Source: Anthoceros angustus
Taxonomy: Eukaryota; Plantae; Anthocerotophyta
Direction: 5' to 3'
Assembly: GCA_010909165.1 (NCBI GenBank)
Contig: MU008170.1
Coordinates: 1,612,001 to 1,676,000 of the forward strand
DNA length: 64,000 bases
Of the stretch, positions 1-10,162 are shown one piece after another (the first letter of the stretch is position 1; the number at the start of each line of letters is the position of its first letter). The translations under genes and the position numbers were made by a program. The notes below the pieces were generated by a model. That model saw only the letters and a program-made list of their open reading frames with translations. It was not told the DNA's origin and ran no database searches.

Positions 1-1253
1 GACAGCTCCAATCCGCGCACATGCTAGCATAGCAACTGGTAACTCAACCAGCATTGGCATATAAATCACCACCGCATCTCCCTTCCTCACACCAATCCCC
101 CTCAGGTAGTTTGCAAGCTGCCACCACATCAGCGGCCAGCAAGTGAGCGTCAAGATTTCACACAGCAGCCTGTACCGGAGCGTGGACATTCCTCCTCATT
201 GCACCCCTCATAAAAGCAACGAGCCAACGGCGTGAAACAACACTCCAGCGCACAATGGTTGGAAACACGTTCAAAATCGTCAGCCCTAGCAGCCAAGAAT
301 ACCTGGCAAATCTTATCAAGCAGCTGCTTGAAAGTAACCTTCTTATCCAATCCCACATCGTTGCCCTCCCAAATGATTGCAACGTCCTCACCCTTCCCTG
401 CCTCCACATGCCTATCAACTGCGTTGTAACATATATTCGTTTCACCACCTTTGAACCACTGACATCAAAAGCCGAAGAACAGGATGTAAAAACAGCTTCC
501 ACGAGACAAGCACAGCAATGACAACAAAAATCCATTCCGCGCGTCCTGGCCGATAAACAGCGCCACTCGCACCTCACTCGAATCTCAAACTCACTCACCT
601 CAACAGCAACGGGACCTTTATTCACGTCTATGTTTGCCGCGTGAACCTTGCCGTCCACGCTCGGCCATTTCTTCTTCCAGTAAAAACTGGACGCAATCTC
701 ACTCCAAAACGCGTCGGGATCTGAGATCGATTTCTCATACATAGCATCGTACTGCAAAATTCCATCACACTAATCAGCTCACTGACCTCACCTCCTCCTC
801 CTCGGCAGCAAGCAACAACACACGACCGAAATCGCGAATCCCAGTCCAAATTACGCCAGAATCTCACAATTTCCCGGGACGGAACGAGCGCACGGTCCCG
901 AAACTCCTGACTCGCATACTCCAGAACTTCCTCCTCCCCCTGCACCGCTTTCCCGGTCACCACAGCATCCGCCTGCGCGGCCTTGAGCTCGCTCACACCA
1001 AACCCGTTCCCGATCCCGTTCCCGCTCCCTCCCTCCATGCCGGCAGCAGGGAATGAAGAGGAGAGCCTACGCAAGGCGGCGGCCGGCGCCACAGCCAGCT
1101 GCCGCGATATCCCGAGCGTGGCCGCGGCGGTAGGGGAGGCGAGAGCGGCTTGCGCTTGCGCAGCGGGAGCGACACCGCAAGCCCACAGGCTCGCGGAGAT
1201 GCGGACGAAGCCGGTCCCGCACTGGCAGCCAGAGTTCCGTGCGCGGCAGCCAT
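1..1253 (-). CDS. ACS: Acetyl-CoA synthetase (acetate-CoA ligase), 5' part; gene runs off the left edge
   Basis: Exons 868-1038 (possibly extending to 1253), 599-751, 303-458 and <1-117 have GT-AG borders and join in frame. Translation: ...[13 protein letters not shown]|[29 protein letters not shown]..|[34 protein letters not shown]..|[39 protein letters not shown], the typical ACS N-terminus. The start codon is uncertain (see findings). Confidence 0.93.
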
Positions 1254-1363
1254 GGCTATCTGTTTGCCAGAGCTCGGCGTGTCAGGCCCCTTCTTCCATG
1301 CGAGAATCGAGATCCGTCCTAATCAATGCAGATACAGTCCACCTCAGTAACAGCGCTTTTCTT

Positions 1364-4300
1364 TTATTTTCTTGTACAAACTTCCGGAATACAGTGAGAC
1401 GTCTCGGATGAGAACCACTGGACTGCGGAGTGGCTGGATCCCAGCGGGGAAGGAGGCGCGGAATTCAAGTTTCGGATTGTTGCGAGGAAAAGCTGCTGCT
1501 GGAGCCTGGTCGGTGACGGGTCCGGGGCCAGGGCCATCTGCAGGGCTTGCTTGGAAAATTCCAGAAGAGGGCCGGCGAAGACGTGGGTGCCGGCCGTGGC
1601 GGGCTGGTGCATGGCTTGCTGCAGTCGCACGGCCATTTCCGCCACCATCTGCTTCCAGAGCTGGGCCTTGGCTTCGGCATGGGCGACCTGAGGAATGGGC
1701 GGAAGGATTGTCAGCGGGGTTGCGGAATGCGTTGGCTGCAAGGGCTGGGCTTTGTGATTCTTACCCTTTGGTCGACCTCCGAGAGCTTGATCTTGTCTAC
1801 GCCTCCTGAGCGGCACCGCCTGAGCCTGGGGTGCGGGCGTGCCGGGTTGTCTTGAGACGGCAGGCGGGGGGCGGGGGGCTGCCCGGATGGGGCAGTTTCT
1901 GCTTGGTCGGGTTCTGGTGCCTGTGGCTCTTGTTCTTGTTCCTCTTGGTCTTGGCCATGGTCTTGGTCTTGCTCGGATTGTTGGGGGCACGGGACGTGCA
2001 AGAATGGCGGGAGAGACAGGGTTGATGAAGTGAGTGGAGTGAGGCCGGGCCTGATGATCAGGTTCTCAGTCATGGGAACCACGAGGTCGAATTTGGTGAA
2101 GTCCTGCAGGGCAAGGGGTGGTGGATTAGGTTTGGGAAGGCAGTATGCCATGGAGGATGGAGAGGAGGCGGGTGTGGATGGAGGAGCTCACCACGCAACG
2201 GCGGCCGCCGGGGAGACGTGTCACAATGGTCCTGCATTCAGAACAGTAGTTCAGGGAGGAATGCATACAGCGTACAGTGGGGCACGGGGGAGGGAGGCTG
2301 TGACATACTCGAACCGCGCCTCAAGGCGGATGTCAGAAGGACGGTATGAATGGCGTGCTGCATACAGGGTCGACGAGTTCAGACGAGGAGGGATGTGAGC
2401 CTAATTCATGCTGGCAAGGACGGATTTTGTTTGGCATGCCGTTGGACGTACCCTGAAGTTTGCAAGATGTTGAAGAGTCGACGCCTTCGAGAATAACAAG
2501 GATCTCCATGTCGCACTCCTCCATAGCCTGTTTGGAGGAGAAGCAAAGCAGAGCATGACCAGATGAAAAATGATAAATTTTACGGTTTCTTGTTTGGCTG
2601 AGCAGTCCACCTGAATGGTGAGTCCGTAGAGAGGACTTGTGGCAGTGATAGGGTGCTTCACTAGACATGGGAGCCCCAGGAAAACCTGACTGCCTCCAAT
2701 GACCTGCAAACCAGGGTGTAAGTCAGAATAATACAGAGGTTCTTGCTCAGCAGGTGCGTGTATTATTCTTGCTCGCAAGGTGCGCTTGAGTGGAGGAAGC
2801 ATTGACCGGGAGGTTGATGAAATTGAATACACTCTCATCTTCCTGGGTAAGAGTGTTGTTAAGGGCCACCAACATCCTCACACTAGCCTGCGGAACAGCA
2901 TAGTCAGGACCTGCGACTTGGCGTGAAGTGTTGAGCCTTTTAGATGGTGTAATAACCTCAAGCTACCTCAATGACTTGATGCTTCCGGATGTTTGCCATT
3001 CTCACGCACAATACAGGGACACCATCTTCCTGAAAGAACAGGAGTAAGAGGAATAGGATCCCTACCATGGAATGCCCAGAAGATATTTTTGAAAATGTCC
3101 TACTTCTCATGCTGACCTCGTGAAGGACCATGAATCGGCTGAAGACCAGAGTTTGTGCACGACGAGTTGGACGAGAGAACCTGTGAAATGACGAATTAAA
3201 GACAAGGAATTCCAGAGGGAAGAAGGAAGACTAAGCATGCCGGGCAAGACTACAGACCTAGCATAAAACACACCGAGTAGCGAATAAGCCATCACCAAGC
3301 TCGCAATCGACTGGATCAGAACCAGACTGTTGGTTACCATGCACCTTGGATCCGGTGTCAGTTCGCCCCCATAACCTGGAACATTCAAGATAACCATCTC
3401 TGTCAAGCTAAGAAAGAGTCACATGGAACATAGCTGAAATGCAACATGCTACACCTTAAAAGCTCACCGATTGTCATAGAAGTCTGCACGCTGTTCACAA
3501 CACAAGGCAGGCGCAAAATGTTAACCAAGAAACTCCTTGCCGAGCTCTGCATGCAAGACTACTTACAACGGGGTGCCTCACTAACAATCCATGGTAAAGT
3601 AGTGGTCACCTGAACCATACAGCATGGCTGAACGTTTGGACTCCCGGGATACAGAAGTTGTTGTAAGCCTGCTGAAGCCAGTGAAGCAGACACTGGACTT
3701 GGTAGCGTTCCCAACACGAGGTTGAAGAATATTGCAAACACGTAATGCAGCAAATGCCACAGTACCTCATAGTAGAAGGGGATGGCAAACAGCACGAAGA
3801 GCAGGAAGTAGGAGAGGAACAGCAGCCAGAAAAACCTCATGTTGGGCATCTGCGGACACGATTGAGACACTCATCCATGTCATTGCCAGGTATTCAACCA
3901 CTGGTGCTCAGAAATGTGCACATTGGCACTAACTTACGTTCACTAGTGTGTGAAAGAGATCCCCCCAGTAGAGGAATGTCTTGGGTAATCCTCGGGTCTC
4001 GACATTCAGTCCACCCCTGACAACAAGCAGCAGAATTCATGGCATTATGCACACAGAAAGCGGAACAGATTCAGCATGCATGGTCCACTCTTGACAAATT
4101 CTTGTCACAGCGATGTTCAGCTACCTGATCGAGCAGAACAAAAGCATTCTACCGAAGCATTCGTGAATTACTGAGGCCCAACTGCCAAGAAGGTTCACTT
4201 GAACGGTAAGAGCAAAAGTTCAATGACAAAAGCAGCATGCATGCACCTCTTGTCCACCAGGGGCAGCTTCCTCATCTGCCTGGACAGCAAGGGGGCAGCG

Positions 4301-4380
4301 AATGACTCCCTCCCCGAATGCTCAGCCTGTGTTGCCATTACGGCGGCCACGAAAGCTTGAACAGCAACTAGGGGTCTCAT
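1364..4380 (-). CDS. Inward-rectifier potassium channel (Kir/IRK family), about 527-541 aa, 15 exons
   Basis: Exons 4247-4338(4380), 3938-4016, 3766-3849, 3610-3668, 3468-3490, 3258-3375, 3117-3180, 2967-3029, 2807-2887, 2611-2703, 2452-2527, 2309-2357, 2192-2231, 1765-2103, 1364-1687. All are GT-AG and phase-compatible. The product has WGDLFHTLVN, TM1, WFSVQTSMTIGYG, TM2, ARFSRPTRR, MANIRKHQVIEA, HPITATSPLY, EILVILEG, QARHSY and VDFTKF, colinear with Kir2-type channels. The first and last exons are less certain. Confidence 0.9.
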
Positions 4381-4454
4381 CACTCAATTCCTCCAGGCAC
4401 CAGAATTACAAGCTCCAGCGACGCCACCAGGTGAGACAAAATCTGCTGGGACAT

Positions 4455-4600
4455 TCTCAGACTCCTGAAACTCCGACATCCCCCTGATCGCACAGCCAGT
4501 GGAACACCAAAAGCAGGAGCATGTCCTCAACGAAGCTTAGAATTCCTCTGCAGCCAACAATGTGCAACTCCCGACGCGGGTTTGCAGCGCGGGTGCACTT
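4455..4600 (+). repeat. Dispersed diverged repeat, copy 1 (copy 2 at about 8995-9165)
   Basis: Shared blocks CTCAGACTCC, CACAGCCAGTGGAA, GCATGTCC.CAACGAAGCT.AGAA and CAATGTG.AACTCCCGAC..GGGTTTGCAGCGCG occur in the same order at both sites. Confidence 0.65.
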
Positions 4601-5961
4601 CTGAGCTTGGAGCCGAGGACCTGCGGTGCATCCGCAGCAGCCAGGTGCGAAGAAACTGGACGCGGCTGCTTCCGAATCGGCGCAGCAGCTGCAGGTCACC
4701 TGTCCAGAGGAGCTCTCCAGCATCAGATGAACACGGACTGTGGGCGGGGAAAGCAGCTGATCCGACGCCAAAGGAAATGGAGGCATAGGCCCCGGCTTGT
4801 CCGACTCTGGCCAGGTGGGAACACCACCAAAATGTCAGACATTCGGAGTTGCCACTTGGATATGCCTGCCAACCATAAAATAGCACGACCCCAACATCCC
4901 TCAAAGCAAGCGACGTTTGAGAGAACGTCACAGGGTACAACTTTGAAGATGCCGTGCAGAGTATAGAATGCGTGGCCAGAACTCGAAGCACGGATTCTAT
5001 TTACAGCCGAGGAAAAGATCCCAGCAGACCAGCTGTGGGGCAGTAGGCATCTCAGTGTGTCCTCGGACTCTATTCCTTTGTAATCCAGCAGCTTGGATGG
5101 CTATATAGTGTCAAGTCCGAGTGAGCTACACAACTGACAAGAACAAGCAAAAGGGTCCTGCAACAGATCCCTACATCTTGTGAAATGGCTCGGAACTTCA
5201 AGGGAAAACTCCCCCAAACAAGACCCTGGTAAACCAAATCACACCTGAGAACATCGTCAGGATTCATGTGGACAATCCACTGGACATCATGACGAGATGC
5301 TGGTTCACATGGCAAGGAGGTGCAACTAATCGGCCCAAGAATGGCAACCATAGAAATATTTCTCTAAAGGCTCAACATGGCAAGCAGGTGAGTACATGCC
5401 AGTGAATCGGTTAGCAGCGGCAATACGGAATGCAAGATCGGAGCATGGATCAAGGTCAAAACTAGGGTCAGAATTGTGCCTCTCCTGGATGTTTCATCTC
5501 CCACAATCAGTTCCCTTCTATTCCTGTACTTGCCACTCCTTGAAGTCTACCTCTCCTTGCTCGGTACCATAATAAGAGATGGCGATACTCTCCCCTTCTC
5601 TATACGAGTTCGTTGTTCCTAACTTGTCAAGATTGCCATTACCACGCTTCATCTTCTTCATCTTCCCCCACTCCGCTCCATCTTCCCTTCCCTTCCCTGT
5701 AGGATGGCTTCTATCATAAGCTGACATGCATAGAATAAATCTTATTTTTCATAAATTAAAATAATGTATAGATATAAACTTATATTTACATAAATAATGA
5801 GCATTACTATTTTCATTTAGATATTATAAACTTAATCCAAAATTACTGTACTAAATATTAAAATATAATACAGTAACCCTTTACCACTTTAAAAACTTAA
5901 TCAATAGTCTACTAATAAATCAAATCTTGAACTCATCGAGGTGCATGGAACTCGTTTTCTC

Positions 5962-6162
5962 TACTTTGGGCTATATATGTATGTGAGCCCCGTTACCGCT
6001 ATCTATATTCAAATATGATATATCCAATCTTATTGTATGATAAAGAATATTATGGGACATAGTGCATGAAACCCATTTTTTCCTATTTGGGCTATATATG
6101 TATGTGAGCCCCACTATATTCAAACATCATATATTCAATCTGTGATGTATGATAAAGAATAT
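5962..6162 (+). repeat. About 121-bp direct repeat upstream of the AP2 ORF, with a GGGCT-N13-AGCCC inverted motif
   Basis: TTTGGGCTATATATGTATGTGAGCCCC occurs at about 5965 and 6086, each followed by a similar ...GTATGATAAAGAATAT block. Both copies are also present in element copy 2 (about 47160-47300). Confidence 0.8.
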
Positions 6163-6320
6163 CATAATCATCCATTCTTTTGAATTTTATTAGTATGTTT
6201 AGTTTTCTCATCGCTCTCTCTTCGGTGGTTATCATTAATTTGATGTTGTAGAGTTACCTTTCCATATTCCTTTGGGTTCTTTCTTTATTCTTATTTACCT
6301 TTGGTCCTTTCTAGTCTCTT

Positions 6321-7814
6321 ATGGCTAATGATGATGCTCCCATTAGCGTTGTACCTTACACGTGGGTGGACAGATTCCTGGAATCAGATGCCCACATTGG
6401 TTTCTACATTGAAGACGCAAGGAAGCATGAGGATGAGGGTGGTGACACTCCTTCCTTACCTTGGAACTTCCAAGCTAAAGACCCTTTCGGACCGATTTCT
6501 AAGTATACCTTGAAGCTAGTAGACGTGGTGGATTTGATCATGGAAGTCAAGCGAAGAAAACCTCAACCACAGCCTCCCACCATGGCTGATCTAGAAAGGA
6601 TGATGACGACTGTGGTGGCGGAAGCACCACCACCCCCCCCAAGGCACAACAAAATAGCGCGAATAGCTGGGAGTGAAGACGTCAGCTTAAACAACCATGG
6701 TGATGGAGGAGGTCCAGACACGAGGTATCACGGAGTGCATTGGCATTCTATTCACAAGTTGTATAATGTGCATCTCAAGGTAAGCTACGTGCCAACTCAC
6801 GGCCCGCTGAAGAAGGTCCATCAGGTTCATTTGGGGCAGTTCGAAAAGGACATAGATGCAGCGAGATTCTGGGACCTGGTGCAAATCAAGCTGTTTTTAT
6901 GTGGCTTCAAGCGTCGAACACAAGTGAAGCTCAACTTCAAAGATCCTGCATCCTTAGAGACATATCTACAGTACCTGCAACGACCAGATTGGGTGGCCAT
7001 TACAGATTGGCGGGAAGTAATAGGGTTTGTGAGGATGGAAGTTCAACAAAAGCGCAAATTCTTCTCCCGTCATGCATGCGGAGGTCTTCCACATGGTGTG
7101 TATATCAGGAGAAGAAGAGATGAAATAACTGTAGATGTACCGGAAGATGCTCTTAGGGAGACCAGATATGAGGCTTTCATTTTTGACAGCAGTCAGGGCC
7201 AAATAGGTACGGTCCAGCAAGTTGTTGAGATTGAGGTGGCATGCCATTCTAGCGGCAAAACCTACAATTGCTGGGATCAAAAAGAGGAAGCTGGAAAAGC
7301 ATATGACCGCAAGGCGATCATAATGGGGTTGTATGATACTAAGGAGCTCAATCATCCCCTCACAGATTATTTGGTTGAGCTTCAGGCTTCACCGAAGTTC
7401 CAATTGGAGCTGGCTACACTGCATAGCCGGCTGAGAAGTGCTGCTCTGACTCTCGGAGCTGCGCAGGAAGCAATCCTTGGTTTGTCCATCCATCCATTGT
7501 TAACTACTCTAGCACCTGCGACCTCACAGAAGGAAGAGACATTTGGGTCATCCATCCATCCATTATCAAGTACTCTAGTGGCTCCGAATCCAGAAGAAAT
7601 TACTCTAGCGGCTCCGAATCCAGAAGAAATTACTCTAGCGGCTCCGAATCCAGAAGAAATTACTCTAGCGGCTCCGAATCCAGAAGAAATTACTCTAGCG
7701 GCTCCGAATCCAGAAGAAAGTACTCTAGCGGCTCCGAATCCACAAGAAAGTACTCTGGCTCCGAATCCACAAGAAAGTACTCTAGCACCTTCGAGCTCAC
7801 AAGAAAGTATTTAA
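6321..7814 (+). CDS. Intronless, highly diverged double-AP2-domain protein (ANT/WRI-like), 497 aa
   Basis: YHGVHWHSIHKLYNVHLKVSYVPTHGPLKKVHQVHLGQFEKDIDAARFWDL aligns without gaps to AP2-R1 of the ANT lineage, including its ~10-aa insertion. A second AP2-like unit follows: RYEAFIFD...WDQKEEAGKAYDRKAIIMG..LNHPLTDY. The C-terminus is TLAAPNPEEI repeats. Confidence 0.75.
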   Translation: MANDDAPISVVPYTWVDRFLESDAHIGFYIEDARKHEDEGGDTPSLPWNFQAKDPFGPISKYTLKLVDVVDLIMEVKRRKPQPQPPTMADLERMMTTVVAEAPPPPPRHNKIARIAGSEDVSLNNHGDGGGPDTRYHGVHWHSIHKLYNVHLKVSYVPTHGPLKKVHQVHLGQFEKDIDAARFWDLVQIKLFLCGFKRRTQVKLNFKDPASLETYLQYLQRPDWVAITDWREVIGFVRMEVQQKRKFFSRHACGGLPHGVYIRRRRDEITVDVPEDALRETRYEAFIFDSSQGQIGTVQQVVEIEVACHSSGKTYNCWDQKEEAGKAYDRKAIIMGLYDTKELNHPLTDYLVELQASPKFQLELATLHSRLRSAALTLGAAQEAILGLSIHPLLTTLAPATSQKEETFGSSIHPLSSTLVAPNPEEITLAAPNPEEITLAAPNPEEITLAAPNPEEITLAAPNPEESTLAAPNPQESTLAPNPQESTLAPSSSQESI

Positions 7815-8010
7815 GTGCCTTCTAACTTACAGGACCAATACTTTAGTGCCTTCCAACTCACATGATAATAGTTTAGCACCTTCAAACTCACACGAAAATA
7901 CTCTAGTGCCTTCCAACTAACATGATAGTAGTCTAGCACCTTCAAACTCACATAAAAATATTCTAGTGCTTTCCAACTCACAGGATAATACTGTAGCGCT
8001 ATCAAACTCA
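7571..8010 (+). repeat. About 30-bp minisatellite spanning the AP2 stop codon
   Basis: Eight in-frame units of TACTCTAGCGGCTCCGAATCCAGAAGAAAT (7571-7807) grade into about seven degenerate TACT.TAGTGCCTTCCAACTCACA units in the 3' flank. Confidence 0.9.
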
Positions 8011-8781
8011 CAGGAAGAAATATTTGGTTCCTTTATAGATCCATTGTCAAATACACTAACGCCTTCGAACTCACACTAGGGAGTTCAATACGTGAGGGCT
8101 CACACTGGGGAGGTCACTATGCCAGAAATTCGGTCGAACGATTTGGCGCAACATAACTTGCCGAGAGAGTGTGGATCGGCACATTGGGAGAGGGAAAAGG
8201 GCATTGGGACTGGGAGAGAGAAGGGAAGGAAAGAGAGAGGTATTTAGAAAAAATATTGAAAAAGGATAAAATGAGAAAATAATATAACTATGAAAGATAA
8301 GGAGAAGGAAAAAAAAAGAAAAAAAAGGAAGGAAGAAAAAAGAAATGATGGGATTCGGAGAAATAGGAAGAGAGAAAAAACTAAAAAATGAAAAGGAGAA
8401 AAAAGAGAAAAAATAAAATTGAAAGGGGCAAGGGGTAAGAGTTTGAGTTTGATATTGGTTCAAGTTTGAGTTAAAGTTCATGTTCAAGTTTGATTGCATA
8501 CAATATCTTATGATTCTCTGTCACATGAAGGAACTCGGCTGTTCATTGTTCCATTGCATGAGCTGCACTATGTGATGGATATGAGGTGCACTGTGTGGTG
8601 GATTAGGATGGGTTATCGTTCTAGCCCGATCATCACCTTCTATAGCTCGAATAGGAACTTGGAGGTTGTTTTATGATGCCCGTAGGATGCCCTGGTTGCT
8701 TGAGGTTGATGGGTTGCAAGTAGCTTAGGCACACTATTGTACAAATTGTTGTTAACAATCAAGTCCCATGATGTACGCCCC

Positions 8782-8863
8782 GTCGGGGTGGCCGAGTTGG
8801 TTTACTCCTCCAATGTCAGATCCTGTGCTGAAAGGTCGTGGGTTCGGATCCCATGCTTCCACA
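8782..8863 (+). pseudogene. tRNA-Leu-like sequence (tRNA pseudogene or SINE head)
   Basis: A box TGGCCGAGTTGGT and CTGAAAGGTCGTGGGTTCGGATCCCA (B box) resemble plant tRNA-Leu. The anticodon arm and acceptor stem do not pair, so this is not a functional tRNA. Confidence 0.55.
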
Positions 8864-8994
8864 TTCCCCGGTGCAATTGGCGGGCTTGGCGCTCACCATT
8901 TTGGTGTGAATCTTTTCATTCTCGGTGTATCCACCGAAGCGCTATGCACCAGACCAGCAAGGCAGAGCCAGAACCATGTCAGTGCACACCGGGC

Positions 8995-9165
8995 AGCTCA
9001 GACTCCCAGAGCTCCAACCAGCTCTCTGCTCTATCTTCCTTTGTCCCAGATACCACAGCCAGTGGAAGACCGAACCGAACGCAGGGGCATGTCCACAACG
9101 AAGCTCAGAAGTCGTCGCCACCATCAATGTGTAACTCCCGACATGGGTTTGCAGCGCGGTGCAGA
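8995..9165 (+). repeat. Dispersed diverged repeat, copy 2 (copy 1 at about 4455-4600)
   Basis: Same ordered blocks as 4455-4600. Confidence 0.65.
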
Positions 9166-9742
9166 AATTTGTCTGCCATCAACAATGTCTGTCACCTAGC
9201 ACGGCACTCTAGGCACCACAAACCCTGGTCCGTAAGAGATATCCGATCAAATTCACAAAAGCACACCGTGTCATAGAAGTCGAGCCGCCAAAAGGTACGG
9301 CATGCTGCCTATTCATGATATTCTGAGAAGCAGAAGCAAATCATTCGTCCCCATCAGGATCGGAGTAGTAGTCAAGCAGATGCTCAAGCATTTGTAGAAG
9401 CAAAGTCTGGACGAGAGAAAATTTAGAAAACAACTACAAATTTCAGAGGGCGTGCAGCCGAGCTGTTGCAGGTGTGCAAAGCATAGCTGTTGTAGGACAA
9501 ATCTGAACTTGCGAATGGATTGAAGACTGCACAGTTACAAACTCCAGACTGAATGCCACACAAGGTCCCGAGCGATGCTCCAATGTCGAATTTGAGGCAA
9601 ACAGCCTGAACCCAGACCCCAGGCAACCCAAGAGCTTCTGCAGGCTCGATGCCTTGGCAACAAGCAATTTCCTGGAGAGGTAGTGGCTACAACACACAAT
9701 GAAATGCACCCACAAGGGGCTTGAAGAGTCGGTGAGGTGATC

Positions 9743-10162
9743 TCAACGCTCCCAACGGAACTGGCGTTCGGTCTCGGCTATGGCAACGTCGTTGATGCTG
9801 GCCTGGCGGTGCTCCATGAGGCCGTCGGGGTCGAATTCCCACAGCTCGTTGCCGTAGGATCTCCACCACTGGCCCGCAGCATCGTGCCACTCGTACTGGA
9901 AGGTGACGGCTATGCGGGTATCCGAGAAGCAGAAGAGCTGCTTCTGCAGCCGGTAGTCCAGCTCTTTGGCCCACTTCTCCCGCAGGAAGGCCCGAATCTG
10001 GTCCCGGCCTTCCAGGAAGACGCCCCGGTTTCGCCAACGGGAGCCCGGGCTGTAGGCCAGCGACACCCGGTCGGGGTCCCGGCTGTTCCACCCATCCTCG
10101 GCTGCCTTCACTTTGGCCCGAGCAGTCTCTTCTGTGAAGGGCGGTTTGATGGGCGACGCCAT
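9743..10162 (-). CDS. DUF1348 / NTF2-like (SnoaL-like fold) protein, 139 aa, intronless
   Basis: [92 protein letters not shown] matches the DUF1348 pattern as I recall it. Confidence 0.85.
   Translation of the reverse strand: MASPIKPPFTEETARAKVKAAEDGWNSRDPDRVSLAYSPGSRWRNRGVFLEGRDQIRAFLREKWAKELDYRLQKQLFCFSDTRIAVTFQYEWHDAAGQWWRSYGNELWEFDPDGLMEHRQASINDVAIAETERQFRWER

Larger units (their letters stand above)
5675..8360 (+). mobile_element. AP2-carrying repeated element, copy 1 (class undetermined)
   Basis: Colinear similarity to 45000-47590 on the reverse strand covers the AT-rich leader, the ORF, the minisatellite and the purine-rich tail. No TIR, LTR or TSD was identified. Confidence 0.6.

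Noticed and set aside
5160-5400. Open frame NQITPENIVRIHVDNP.., faintly like hAT transposase, followed by a GT donor
   Set aside because: The similarity is a few residues only, with no start or downstream exon found.
7571-7807. CRISPR-like appearance of regular 30-bp repeats
   Set aside because: Head-to-tail units with no unique spacers, in a eukaryotic context with no cas genes.
8071-8499. Phe/Ser-rich 'membrane protein' ORFs here and at 42898-43627 and 45030-45418
   Set aside because: They are translations of low-complexity purine/pyrimidine tracts in the AP2 element tail.
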